Assembly: GCA_965207375.1 (NCBI GenBank)
Contig: OZ242274.1
Coordinates: 864,001-928,000, forward strand
Reading direction: 5' to 3'
From: Nitrosopumilaceae archaeon
GTDB lineage: Archaea; Thermoproteota; Nitrososphaeria; Nitrososphaerales; Nitrosopumilaceae
DNA length: 64,000 nucleotides
Part shown: positions 40,813-50,494 of the stretch, one piece after another
Layout: each line of letters opens with the position of its first letter
Position numbering within the stretch: the stretch's first letter is position 1
The notes under the pieces: model-generated
What the model was told of the DNA's origin: nothing
What the model saw: the letters and a program-made list of their open reading frames with translations, nothing else
The model's database searches: none
Program-made: the position numbers and the translations under genes

Positions 40813-41754
40813 CTAGGGTACTGTGACCTTAGAATATATGGGATTGGTATCTGATGTGTCCATCATATGATTCCAAGTGTTGCTGACGTATACTGTTTGA
40901 GCAGGAATGTAGGTTTTAGTTTTGGTTCCATGACACACTAGTGTATCAAAAGACCCGGCCCCACATACATAATTATTAGTAGAACTCCAAGTGTTATCAA
41001 ATTTTATTTTGTCGTTGTTATAAATTGAGAACATTTCAATGTCGTGTGTTCTTTTATACATTATGAGCCTTATTTTGTCATATGCTTCATCTATGGTGGG
41101 ATGATCCTCGTCTTTAAAATATAGGGTGTATGTTCTCTCACAGGTTTTAGAATTGTCCTTGTACGATACAAGATACAAGTCATTATTGCCGTTAAAAGAA
41201 TTTGTTTTGAATTTTCCACCGTCAATATCCAATTTTAATTGTTTGTAGCTTGGTGGTGTGGTACTAGGACATGCTGCACTTACAGTTTGAATGCCGGGCC
41301 ATCCTAGCCAATTCACATCTATATTATCTGTGTCTTGTTCTTGCAGTGCCTTGTGCCTTTCATCCTTTATTGTCTCATAAAATATGTACTCTTTGGCTGC
41401 TTTAATTTCTGTATCAGTTAGCACTCTTGTGTTTGATTCGATACGGGATTGCTCAATTACTGTCCCAAAGAATTCGTCATATTTTGTCTTGATCTCATCT
41501 GTTCTTGCTTGAAATTCTTTTGAATTGTAATCTAACAGTGACCTGATGTCGTTTTTGAACTCTTGTTTTACAGTTTCGTCTATTTGAACCCGATACGTTT
41601 GATTTGACTGCATCTGTTTGTCAATATCGTAAGCATTTGTTTTTTCTGTCTCTTCGTTTACATTTTGTGCGTCTGCAAAGGTTACTACCGAAAGTGGTAG
41701 AATCATTGCAACAATCAATGAAGCAAACAAGATGGTTTTTGTCTTTAAAGTCAT
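40813..41754 (-). CDS. Secreted hypothetical protein
   Basis: Signal peptide KTILFASLIVAMILPLS; FKDEDHP, RTHDIE, NTWNH motifs; paired Cys. Confidence 0.75.
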   Translation of the reverse strand: MTLKTKTILFASLIVAMILPLSVVTFADAQNVNEETEKTNAYDIDKQMQSNQTYRVQIDETVKQEFKNDIRSLLDYNSKEFQARTDEIKTKYDEFFGTVIEQSRIESNTRVLTDTEIKAAKEYIFYETIKDERHKALQEQDTDNIDVNWLGWPGIQTVSAACPSTTPPSYKQLKLDIDGGKFKTNSFNGNNDLYLVSYKDNSKTCERTYTLYFKDEDHPTIDEAYDKIRLIMYKRTHDIEMFSIYNNDKIKFDNTWSSTNNYVCGAGSFDTLVCHGTKTKTYIPAQTVYVSNTWNHMMDTSDTNPIYSKVTVP

Positions 41755-41775
41755 TATATCTTTTACTATCTTTGA

Positions 41776-41808
41776 TTATATAAAAATTGATATTAACTTA
41801 CGGTATGC
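41776..41808 (-). promoter_or_regulatory. Conserved 33-bp promoter element including TATA box
   Basis: 30/33 identical to 24727-24759. Confidence 0.65.
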
Positions 41809-42031
41809 TTCTTTTATATTCAGTGTTGGTAAAAATTCTAATTGATGTATTTGGTCTGTCTAGATAAGTCAAGAACAACTCAGAGAAGATTATGTTTTGT
41901 TAATGTGTGATTAAGCTGTTTGTGTAGGCAAAAATCTAGGCAGGAGCAACTAGGAGACAATTTGCATATTGACTTTTACCAACAATTTATGCTAAAGAAC
42001 CGTCGGATCTATTTTAGTCAGCAAAATGATA

Positions 42032-42106
42032 TGGGCCCGATGAGATTCGAACTCATGACCTTTCGATTATCAGTCGAACGCTCCAGCCAAGCTGAGCTAC
42101 GAGCCC
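42032..42106 (-). tRNA. tRNA-Ile(GAT)
   Basis: Anticodon arm TTCGA-CT-GAT-AA-TCGAA; full cloverleaf. Confidence 0.95.
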
Positions 42107-42138
42107 CAAGACTGACATCAAGCCGCAGTCATTTAAGT

Positions 42139-42693
42139 TTAATTTTCCTTCCACTTGATAGAGCATCCAATAGAGGGGTCAAAATCCTTTTCTATTTTTT
42201 GATTTGATAAAAGCAGATTGATATTTTGTATCATGGTTTTTTCTGAAGCCATATCTTCAGGCTTCATGGCATTATCAATACGCCCATGAAATACAAGCTT
42301 GCCATCTTTGTTAAACAAGAATGGATCAGGCGTACATGTGGCTCCATATTTTTTTGCAATTTCTTGCGTTTTATCTATCAGATAATCAAACTCTATGCCT
42401 TTTTCCTTGACTGTTTGCTTCATTGCCTCAAAGCTATCCTCTGGATAGTTTGTAGAGTCATTACTGTTAATTCCCACAATTGCAATTTTGTCCTTGAATG
42501 TATCATGAATTTCTTTTATTGCATCAATTTTGGCTTTAACATAGGGACAATGATTGCACATGAAAATTATCAACAGTCCCTGTTTTGACCTGTAACTGTC
42601 TAGTCCATGATATGCATCATCTGTACCCATTAATTCAAAGTCAGGTGCAGAATCTCCTGAATTTAATTTAATTTGAGATTCTAGCAATACCAT
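42139..42693 (-). CDS. Thioredoxin-like AhpC/TSA family protein
   Basis: CNHCPYV, GATCTPD, SIGCSIKW. Confidence 0.9.
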   Translation of the reverse strand: MVLLESQIKLNSGDSAPDFELMGTDDAYHGLDSYRSKQGLLIIFMCNHCPYVKAKIDAIKEIHDTFKDKIAIVGINSNDSTNYPEDSFEAMKQTVKEKGIEFDYLIDKTQEIAKKYGATCTPDPFLFNKDGKLVFHGRIDNAMKPEDMASEKTMIQNINLLLSNQKIEKDFDPSIGCSIKWKEN

Positions 42694-42775
42694 GCTGTTT
42701 GTCCTCTTTTTTCCAATAAAACCCTTCTCACTTAAAGACAACAATTAAAATCCACACCCGATGTAATCCTTGTAT

Positions 42776-42849
42776 GGGCTGGTAGTATAGCCTGGTAGTA
42801 TACCCGCCTTGCACGCGGGGGGTCATGGGTTCAAATCCCGTCCAGTCCA
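42776..42849 (+). tRNA. tRNA-Ala(TGC)
   Basis: CCCGC-CT-TGC-AC-GCGGG; G3:U70 pair. Confidence 0.95.
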
Positions 42850-42933
42850 TTTCATATTTTACGCACAACGATCCTGCACCAAATTTGTGATTTCTGGATG
42901 GATTTAAATAGGATAAGTTGAACCAAATGTATT

Positions 42934-43041
42934 ATGGCAAGCGCAGTAGACGGATGGCCAGTATGGATTCCACTTATTGTAGGTTTAGCACCAGGTTTGG
43001 TATACTGGTTGGCAATTACCGCAATGAAGAAAAGACGTTAA
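42934..43041 (+). CDS. 35-aa single-TM microprotein MASAVDGWPVWIPLIVGLAPGLVYWLAITAMKKRR
   Basis: TTTAAATA TATA ~25-30 nt upstream, T-rich terminator, basic C-terminus. Confidence 0.75.
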   Translation: MASAVDGWPVWIPLIVGLAPGLVYWLAITAMKKRR

Positions 43042-43162
43042 ACGCCTTATTACTATTATTTTTATTACATTTCTAGCCTACCGTTAGGTTAATCCTGTCT
43101 AAGCTTCTTGTTGATATTTTGATATGTCCTACAAAATTAATCCCTTCATACACAATTGAATC

Positions 43163-44215
43163 ATGAAATCACTACTGTTTGTACTGTTTGCCATGCTGTT
43201 AATCCCTGCTGTATCGTACTCACAGGTTACTGACTCTGTCTCTACAATATCTGTAATTACCACAAATGAGGTTCCTTACGTTTATCAAAACTCACAAGGC
43301 TATACAGTTGTTGTAGGTGAGGTGGAAAATAGAAACTCCCTGACTGCCATGTCTGGTATAGTAGTAAGTGTTACATTCTTTGATGAATTTGGAAATATTT
43401 TAGATTCTGTTCAGGGAACCACAATACTAGATATAGTTCCCCCAAACAGCATCTCACCGTATGTTGTTACATCCAAGGTTGCTGGTTCTAGTGTTGCACT
43501 AGCCTCAGTTGATGTTTCTGCATTTAACTCGTCTCCCACTAAGGAAACCGGTCTTGACTTAGAAACTGTAGATATTTCCTATGGCGAAGAATTGGAATTT
43601 TCAGGAACAATTCAAAACACTGCCAACATTGCCTCATCTGAGACTCTGATTCATCTTGCATTTTATGATGTATTTGATCCGCCCAGACTGTTACATGTGG
43701 AGACACTTGAAATTGGTGATATCTTAGTTGGTGAACAAAAAGAATTTAAATTCTCAGGAATCCCAAATCAAAAGGCTGTAGGATTTAAAATACTGGCAGA
43801 ATCAACTCTTTTACAATCTGACTTTGTAAACGTGAATCTTCCGTCACAGCAAATCATTACCAGGCTTGTAACAATTTCTAATTTGTCAATAATTGACTCT
43901 GATGGAAAAAATCTATCTAGTATGCCTGTAGGCACCACCGTTGAGATTGGTAGCAATCTGCAATTCCAAACAACTGCTGATGATAGAATTCAACCCTACG
44001 TGTATTATGTTCAAATAAAACAATCTGGCCAAACCCCCTTTGTAGAATTTTTGGGCAGCTCAAGCGGTAATTTCTATGGAACCCCTTCTGAATATGCCTC
44101 AGTTTCGTGGACTCCCCAAAAGCCTGGATTGTATTTTGTTGAAACATTTGGCTGGGATCAAAATCATGTTCCTATTGCATCAAAGGGCCCCGTAGCTATA
44201 ATTTTGGTCAACTAG
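43163..44215 (+). CDS. Secreted FxLYD-like Ig-fold repeat protein
   Basis: Signal peptide; VVGEVEN...TFFD and GTIQN...AFYD repeats. Confidence 0.7.
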   Translation: MKSLLFVLFAMLLIPAVSYSQVTDSVSTISVITTNEVPYVYQNSQGYTVVVGEVENRNSLTAMSGIVVSVTFFDEFGNILDSVQGTTILDIVPPNSISPYVVTSKVAGSSVALASVDVSAFNSSPTKETGLDLETVDISYGEELEFSGTIQNTANIASSETLIHLAFYDVFDPPRLLHVETLEIGDILVGEQKEFKFSGIPNQKAVGFKILAESTLLQSDFVNVNLPSQQIITRLVTISNLSIIDSDGKNLSSMPVGTTVEIGSNLQFQTTADDRIQPYVYYVQIKQSGQTPFVEFLGSSSGNFYGTPSEYASVSWTPQKPGLYFVETFGWDQNHVPIASKGPVAIILVN

Positions 44216-44246
44216 GTTTATTTTCAAATGCTTTTGTTGTTATTTA

Positions 44247-44711
44247 ATGACACGTTATGATACTGTGGCCATGGGGGGAACATTTGATCTTTTACACAGG
44301 GGACATTTGGAACTGTTAAGAAAGGCATTTTCTATCTCCTCATTTGTCATTATTGGATTAACTAGCGACTATTTTGCAGCAAAACGAGGCAAAATCACAT
44401 TTCACAATTACATCCAAAGATTTGAAAATCTCACCTCCCTGATTTATAAAAATTTTCCAAATTCCAGCTTTGAAATCAGTCAATTAGATGATGATTTTGG
44501 TCCTGCAGTTTTAGAAAACAGAGTCCAAGCTCTAGTGGTCAGCAATGAGACCAAAGAACAGGGGGCAAGACTAAACAAAATCCGCAAAGACTGCAACCTT
44601 TGCCCAGTCGACGTGGTTTTAGTCCCAATGGTCATGGCACAGGATGGAAAACCGATATCTAGTACGCGTCTAAAGGCCTCTGAAATTGACTTTGATGGGA
44701 ATTTGAATTGA
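44247..44711 (+). CDS. coaD: Phosphopantetheine adenylyltransferase (archaeal type)
   Basis: GGTFDLLHRGH, LVVSNET, ISSTR. Confidence 0.88.
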   Translation: MTRYDTVAMGGTFDLLHRGHLELLRKAFSISSFVIIGLTSDYFAAKRGKITFHNYIQRFENLTSLIYKNFPNSSFEISQLDDDFGPAVLENRVQALVVSNETKEQGARLNKIRKDCNLCPVDVVLVPMVMAQDGKPISSTRLKASEIDFDGNLN

Positions 44712-44770
44712 CCTAAAACTCTTCTAACTTTGAGCTATTCTGATAAAACAAAACTGTACAATTCGTATAC

Positions 44771-45100
44771 ATGGCAATCATTAACCGCATGCTCAAAAAA
44801 CTAGACGATGATGTGTCTTACATGCAAAAGGGACTCCAGCCTGAAAGCCTCACTCATTGGTATGATATAGTTATTCGGGAGGCAAAAAGATTGGCTCCTG
44901 CACATCTGCAGCAAAAAATCAGCGTCAAACAGGATCCAATACTGCTTATGAAATTTAACCTAGATATTTCCAAGCGTGCAGTCAAATATTTTATGATGGC
45001 AGTAGATGACAATTTAGATAAAATGCCATACACTACAAAGCTATATTTTCTAAAGGTGCAAGAGACTCTTACTTGTGAAGTAGACCGGTCACTAGTCTAG
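44771..45100 (+). CDS. Hypothetical protein
   Basis: 109-aa ORF in gene-dense backbone. Confidence 0.7.
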   Translation: MAIINRMLKKLDDDVSYMQKGLQPESLTHWYDIVIREAKRLAPAHLQQKISVKQDPILLMKFNLDISKRAVKYFMMAVDDNLDKMPYTTKLYFLKVQETLTCEVDRSLV

Positions 45101-45378
45101 ACCTTTATAATTTCCACCTGACTATCATGTGTTGCAGCCGCAGTGATCTTGTGCTCGTCTTCAAGTACTGATTGGATAAAATCTGCAAATTTTTCTACCT
45201 GTGTGGCATCTTTTAGCAAAATGCTGTGTACTGATTCATCCTTGATTGCAATTATAACCTCGTTTTCTATTATGTTTAGAATTTTTTTGATGTATGTCTC
45301 TTTTTGTTGTGCTGCAAAAATCAGACTAGCTAACTTTTGTGCCTCGTAGATGTCTTCACAAATTATTATTGTCTTCAT
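45097..45378 (-). CDS. Hypothetical protein
   Basis: Overlaps the trpS stop by 4 nt. Confidence 0.7.
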   Translation of the reverse strand: MKTIIICEDIYEAQKLASLIFAAQQKETYIKKILNIIENEVIIAIKDESVHSILLKDATQVEKFADFIQSVLEDEHKITAAATHDSQVEIIKV

Positions 45379-46487
45379 TTGTTCTCAAACAAGAATTTGT
45401 CTAATTGGTCCTTTGCCTTTTGACGTCTTTGTTGATGTGTCTGCAAAAATTCGTTTATTTTTTGGATCAAGATTGCCTTTAGCTCACCTGTCAGCATACT
45501 GCCTGATTTGTAATTATCATGAATCTGTTTTAATTTCGAGTCATCTGGTTCAAAAAATATCCTCAGATACTGATATGATACGTCAATGTCCGGATTTGCT
45601 CCTAGTCTCCTGTGCTGTTCTACATCTGGCTGCCCTCCAGAAAACGCATACTTGTTAATTTTCTTTTTTACCGTACTTGGTGTATCAGTTGTGTATATGG
45701 TACCGTTTTCTGCAGATGCCGACATCTTACCTCCTGGCCCATGTAGTGACGGAATCATGATGTTGTGAATCAGGCTGGGCTTTGGCCTCCCAATTTTTGG
45801 AGCAACATCTCGTGTAAGTCTAAAATGAGGATCCTGATCTACGCCCAATGGTATCAGTACTGGCTTGTCTTCGATAAAGCAGGGTGCAGATTGCAGCGAC
45901 GTATAAAATATCATTCCTATGTTGGTCTGTCCAGAAAAGCCAAAGGTTGCCTTTGTGTTAGAAAAGTTAATCCTTTTTGCAACTTTAGCTGCAATTGGAT
46001 ACAGACTCTGTATGTTTTGCGTATTGATGATTATCTTTGTTTTTTCAGGCTTGAATCCTAGTGCAATAAAATCTAGTGCATTTTCATATGCAAAACTTTT
46101 TGTCTGCTCTAGTGTGAGATTCTGCTTTGAAAAGAATTTTTCATCGTCTGTCAGCTGAAAATACATGTTGACGTCAAATTTATCTTGTAGCCATTTGGCA
46201 AAAACCCACGGAACTAGATGCCCAATGTGGGTATGTCCTGACGGGCCACGGCCCGTATACAAAAAGAATTTGTCTCCCTTTTGATATTGGTCCAAAATTC
46301 GATCTAGTTCCCTATGTGAGAAGAAAATTCCGCGCCTAAGCATAAAATGATCCTCGCCTGCTGCATCCTCGATTTTATCTAAAAGTGACTGTGATATTTT
46401 CTCTGTTCCAAATTGCTTTATCAGCTTGTCATAATCAATGTCTCCCTCAACATGCCATGGAGTCACAACAAAATCATCAGTTGACAT
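45375..46487 (-). CDS. trpS: Tryptophan--tRNA ligase
   Basis: YTGRGPS, HIGH, DQDPHF, KMSAS. Confidence 0.96.
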   Translation of the reverse strand: MSTDDFVVTPWHVEGDIDYDKLIKQFGTEKISQSLLDKIEDAAGEDHFMLRRGIFFSHRELDRILDQYQKGDKFFLYTGRGPSGHTHIGHLVPWVFAKWLQDKFDVNMYFQLTDDEKFFSKQNLTLEQTKSFAYENALDFIALGFKPEKTKIIINTQNIQSLYPIAAKVAKRINFSNTKATFGFSGQTNIGMIFYTSLQSAPCFIEDKPVLIPLGVDQDPHFRLTRDVAPKIGRPKPSLIHNIMIPSLHGPGGKMSASAENGTIYTTDTPSTVKKKINKYAFSGGQPDVEQHRRLGANPDIDVSYQYLRIFFEPDDSKLKQIHDNYKSGSMLTGELKAILIQKINEFLQTHQQRRQKAKDQLDKFLFENK

Positions 46488-46532
46488 TGACAGAAACTTA
46501 GGTTAAGGTTTAAAAAGTCTTTTTGGGACTTT

Positions 46533-47924
46533 TTGCTATTGTCGCAGGTCTTTCATGACATTGAAAAAGAAATTATCAAGGCATTACAAGATTCTGGACA
46601 ATTAACTCCTGACAAACTTGAACAACAAACAGGCCTGTCTGCTGATCAAATAAGACGTGGTATAGAATGGCTCCGGCTCAAGGGCCTAGCAATTGTAGAT
46701 GAGACAAGTACAAAAACTGTTTCTTTGGGAAAAAACGGCATTGATGCATTAGAGCGAGGTCTTCCTGAGCGCAGACTGCTTGATTTAGTCAGGGCTGGCA
46801 CCTGCAAAATATCTGACCTGCAAAAGCAAATGCAATCACTTTTTGGCCCTGCCATGGGATTGGCAAGACAAAACAACTGGATTGAGACTAGCGGCAATGA
46901 GGTACATCTCAAGATGTATCCTGACAAATTAGCAGAAGAGCAAATTGTCTCACGTATAGGAAGAAACAAAATATCACCTGACTCTATCTCTGGCTCTCTT
47001 GATTCTATGAAAAAACGACCAGACTTTCTCATTGAAAATGTCTCAAAGTCCAAGACCATCAGCTTGGCTGACTCTGCCAAAAATCTAAATGTCAGTGATT
47101 CAGAGGGGGCAATTGATGTAGAGGCTACAGTTCCACTGACCCCACTTGCACGCAGACATCCGTTAAAGGAAACAATTGATGAGATTCGTGAAATCTTTGT
47201 CGCATTGGGTTTTACTGAAATTACAGGCAATCTTGCCCAGTCAAGTTTTTGGAATTTTGATGCACTGTTTACGCCACAGGATCACCCTGCACGAGAGATG
47301 CAAGACACCTTCTTTTTAGATAAAATTAACTCAAGACAAACCGGCACGCCGCAGCAAATAAAAAATGTGTCTACATCTCACAAAAAGGGCTGGAGGTACA
47401 TGTGGGATATCAGGCAAGCCCAAAAAATGGTTCTGCGAACCCATACTACTTGCGTTACAATCAAGCATCTTGCACAAAACAACTCCGAAGAAATTCGTGC
47501 ATTTTCCTTGGGCAGAGTTTTTAGAAATGAAAAGGTAAGCTACAAGCATCTAGTAGAGTTTACTCAGGTTGAAGGAATAGTTGCAGGCAAAAACGCGACA
47601 CTTCGGGATTTGATGGGAATCCAAAAAGAGTTTTACCGACGCATTGGAATAGACAAGGTAAAGTTTTGGCCCACATTTTTCCCATATACTGAACCGTCAT
47701 TGCAAACTATGGTGTACAATAAGAGACTGGACAAGTGGGTGGAGCTATTTGGAATGGGAATCTTTCGACCCGAGGTCACAAAACCATTGGGAATCAAAAG
47801 GCCAGTCTTGGCATGGGGCGGCGGAATTGAAAGAATTGCCATGTTAAAGTACGGATTAGATGACGTTCGCGAGTTTTACAACAACGATTTAGATTGGTTG
47901 AGGACTGTATCAAAATGCCAGTAG
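46533..47924 (+). CDS. pheS: Phenylalanine--tRNA ligase alpha subunit
   Basis: WNFDAL..PQDHPAR, LRTHTT, FPYTEPS. Confidence 0.96.
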   Translation: MLLSQVFHDIEKEIIKALQDSGQLTPDKLEQQTGLSADQIRRGIEWLRLKGLAIVDETSTKTVSLGKNGIDALERGLPERRLLDLVRAGTCKISDLQKQMQSLFGPAMGLARQNNWIETSGNEVHLKMYPDKLAEEQIVSRIGRNKISPDSISGSLDSMKKRPDFLIENVSKSKTISLADSAKNLNVSDSEGAIDVEATVPLTPLARRHPLKETIDEIREIFVALGFTEITGNLAQSSFWNFDALFTPQDHPAREMQDTFFLDKINSRQTGTPQQIKNVSTSHKKGWRYMWDIRQAQKMVLRTHTTCVTIKHLAQNNSEEIRAFSLGRVFRNEKVSYKHLVEFTQVEGIVAGKNATLRDLMGIQKEFYRRIGIDKVKFWPTFFPYTEPSLQTMVYNKRLDKWVELFGMGIFRPEVTKPLGIKRPVLAWGGGIERIAMLKYGLDDVREFYNNDLDWLRTVSKCQ

Positions 47925-49549
47925 TTGAGTTGAATCTTTTTAGATTGCAGAAATTATTGGGGGCAAAAGTTTCCAAAAAAGCAATCATTGAGACGCTGCC
48001 ATTTTTAGGATTAGACATAGAGTCTGAATCAAAAAGCAACATAAGGGTCGAATACAGCCCCAACCGGCCTGACTATTCTACTGATTACGGTATTGTCATG
48101 GGATTAGAGGGTTTACTGGGAATAAAAAAAGGAGGAATCAAACTAACCATAAAAAAATCCAACTATAAAATTGTGGCAAATTCTTCAGTATCTAAAATCC
48201 GCCCATATGTGACTGGCATATGTGCCAAGGGTGGCACCATAGATGAGGAGATGATAAAACAACTGATGAGTATGCAAGAAGACTTGCATTTTGGCATGGG
48301 CAGACGGCGAAAAAAATCCTCAATAGGAATTCATAATCTTGATGCTGTATCGTTTCCGTTGCGATACTGTGCATTGCCTAGAACTCACAAGTTTTGTCCC
48401 CTAAATGAAACAAAAACCATGACCGTAGATAAAATCCTGACAGATACTCAAACCGGCAGAGATTATGGCCATCTGCTTGGTTCCTCCAGACGGATTCCGA
48501 TGATTTTAGATTCTCAAGCAAAAACGGTGTCATTTCCACCCGTTATCAATTCCTCTGCAACTACAGTTACCACACAAACTAGGAATCTATTTGTGGAGGT
48601 AACTGGCATGAACAAAGACGACATTGAGGATGTCTTATCTGTAATTTCGGTCATTTTGCAAGGGGCAGGATTTACCCTGTACCAGGTAAAAATATCTGGA
48701 GCAAAAAACTCTACTCCGAAATTACTTGAGCAAAAACTCACACTTGATCCTAAAATGGTTTTAGATACTTTGGGATTGAACATATCTGATAATACAATTG
48801 TCTCCTGCCTGAAAAAATCTAGAATTGCAGCATCTTTATACCGCAAGAAAATCAGGTGTGTCATACCCCGGCATCGCTTTGATATTTTTGGCCCGATGGA
48901 TATTGTAGAAGAGGTTGCCTTGGGATACGGAATTGCAAAACTAGAACCAAAACTTTCACCATCCCAAACATTGGGCGAATCTAGCAGTATGGCCACAAAT
49001 TTGCGCATAATTGATGATGTGTTTGTAGGTCTGGGATATACCGAGGTTCTAAATTCTGGTCTTACTAGTAAGGGTGTGTTGTGTGATGCAACAAATCGTG
49101 ACTCTGAATTTGTATCAGTACTTGATTCAAAAAGCCAAGAGCATACAGTTCTCCGCAATTCTCTACTGCCTGGTATAGTCAAGAACCTTGCAGGCAACAT
49201 ACATAGGACGTATCCGCAAAAAATGTATGAGACAGGAACCGTGTTTTTGCCAGGCAAACCCATAGATGAGCAGATCAATTTAGCAGCAGTTCTAGCATAC
49301 GGGGACGCAAATTTTTCTGAATTAAAATCGGTTTTACAGTCTGCCCTCAAGGTTGGATTCAACTTTAACATCAAAACCAAGACATCCTCAGATCCACTTT
49401 TTGCAAGAGGCCGTGCTGCAGATGTATTAATTGATGGTGTACCAGTTGGCACAATTGGTGAGATCAATTCTAAAACACTACAATATTTTAAAATACGCGT
49501 ACCTGTGGTAGGTTTTGAAACAAAGCTAACTGGATTAATATTTGATTAA
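47915..49549 (+). CDS. pheT: Phenylalanine--tRNA ligase beta subunit
   Basis: MPVV start, PNRPD, RFDI...DIVEEVA..YG. Confidence 0.95.
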   Translation: MPVVELNLFRLQKLLGAKVSKKAIIETLPFLGLDIESESKSNIRVEYSPNRPDYSTDYGIVMGLEGLLGIKKGGIKLTIKKSNYKIVANSSVSKIRPYVTGICAKGGTIDEEMIKQLMSMQEDLHFGMGRRRKKSSIGIHNLDAVSFPLRYCALPRTHKFCPLNETKTMTVDKILTDTQTGRDYGHLLGSSRRIPMILDSQAKTVSFPPVINSSATTVTTQTRNLFVEVTGMNKDDIEDVLSVISVILQGAGFTLYQVKISGAKNSTPKLLEQKLTLDPKMVLDTLGLNISDNTIVSCLKKSRIAASLYRKKIRCVIPRHRFDIFGPMDIVEEVALGYGIAKLEPKLSPSQTLGESSSMATNLRIIDDVFVGLGYTEVLNSGLTSKGVLCDATNRDSEFVSVLDSKSQEHTVLRNSLLPGIVKNLAGNIHRTYPQKMYETGTVFLPGKPIDEQINLAAVLAYGDANFSELKSVLQSALKVGFNFNIKTKTSSDPLFARGRAADVLIDGVPVGTIGEINSKTLQYFKIRVPVVGFETKLTGLIFD

Positions 49550-49732
49550 TTACGCCTTCTAGTGCCCAAGAGCAATCACGCAGACGGATTAGGATGATGT
49601 AGATCGTATTGATTCCTGTGATTTCTAATTCACCCAGGCGTGGTACATTCGGGCAACCCCCGGTTAGAAAACCCAAGATAGGTTTAATGGCTAAAATACC
49701 GATGATCTTGTGCGAGTCAGAACCGGGGAACA
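49550..49732 (-). ncRNA. Unassigned structured RNA candidate
   Basis: GC-rich intergenic block with multiple long stems; G-U pairs favour the minus strand. Confidence 0.55.
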
Positions 49733-49777
49733 TTTTACATCAAAACAATTAAACACAAAAAAATTCTAAATTATTTC

Positions 49778-50197
49778 ATGGTAAATTACTGGCTGGCAAA
49801 GCAGGAACCTGACGGACCACGAGGTTATGATCTTGACCAGCTAAAATCTGATAAAAAAACTGCCTGGGATGGAGTACACAACAATCTTGCACTCAAACAC
49901 ATGAACAATATGAAAAAAGGCGATCTTATATTTTTTTATCATACCGGTAAACAGCGTGCAGCAGTAGGAATAATGGAAGTAATAAAAAATCCGTATCCCA
50001 ATCCTAAAGAGGACAATAAAAGATTCATAGTCGTTGATGTAAGGTATAGGGAACATCTAAAGAATCCGGTAACTCTTGAACAGATGAAAAAAGAATCAAA
50101 ACTCAAAGATTGGGAACTTTTACGCATCTCTAGGTTGTCTGTGATGCCGGTTCCCAAAGATATTTGGAACCACGTCCTTAAAATGTCTAAAAAATAG
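49778..50197 (+). CDS. EVE-domain protein
   Basis: YWLAKQEP, WDGVHN, MKKGD.IFFYH, SRLSVMPV. Confidence 0.9.
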   Translation: MVNYWLAKQEPDGPRGYDLDQLKSDKKTAWDGVHNNLALKHMNNMKKGDLIFFYHTGKQRAAVGIMEVIKNPYPNPKEDNKRFIVVDVRYREHLKNPVTLEQMKKESKLKDWELLRISRLSVMPVPKDIWNHVLKMSKK

Positions 50198-50243
50198 CAA
50201 TTACAAGCGCTTTATTGATATACCTCTATTTGTCAAGTTATAC

Positions 50244-50483
50244 ATGGCAACAGCTTATGTTTTAATAAACTGTGAATTGGGCTCCGAAGAAGCAATTATT
50301 CAGCAACTAAAGGGTCTAGAAGGTGTCAGAGAGGTTCATGGAACCTTTGGCGCATATGATATCCTTGCTAAAATAGAGTCTGATACCGTTGAAAAACTCA
50401 GAGAAACAATTACCTGGAAAATTAGAAAGATCGAAAAAATCCGTTCAACGCTGACTCTGATGGGCATAGAAGGCCAAACATAA
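50244..50483 (+). CDS. Lrp/AsnC ligand-binding domain protein
   Basis: AYVLINC, GAYDI, STLTL. Confidence 0.9.
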   Translation: MATAYVLINCELGSEEAIIQQLKGLEGVREVHGTFGAYDILAKIESDTVEKLRETITWKIRKIEKIRSTLTLMGIEGQT

Positions 50484-50494
50484 CTTTTTTTATT

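Noticed and set aside
48514-49467. Long antisense ORFs (also 46646-47230, 58323-59048, 630-1037)
   Set aside because: Shadows of well-supported genes on the opposite strand
49488-49733. 81-aa ORF, or an H/ACA RNA on the plus strand
   Set aside because: The ORF overlaps pheT and has no recognisable features; pocket-to-ACA spacing (~19 nt) is off and G-U pairs favour the minus strand
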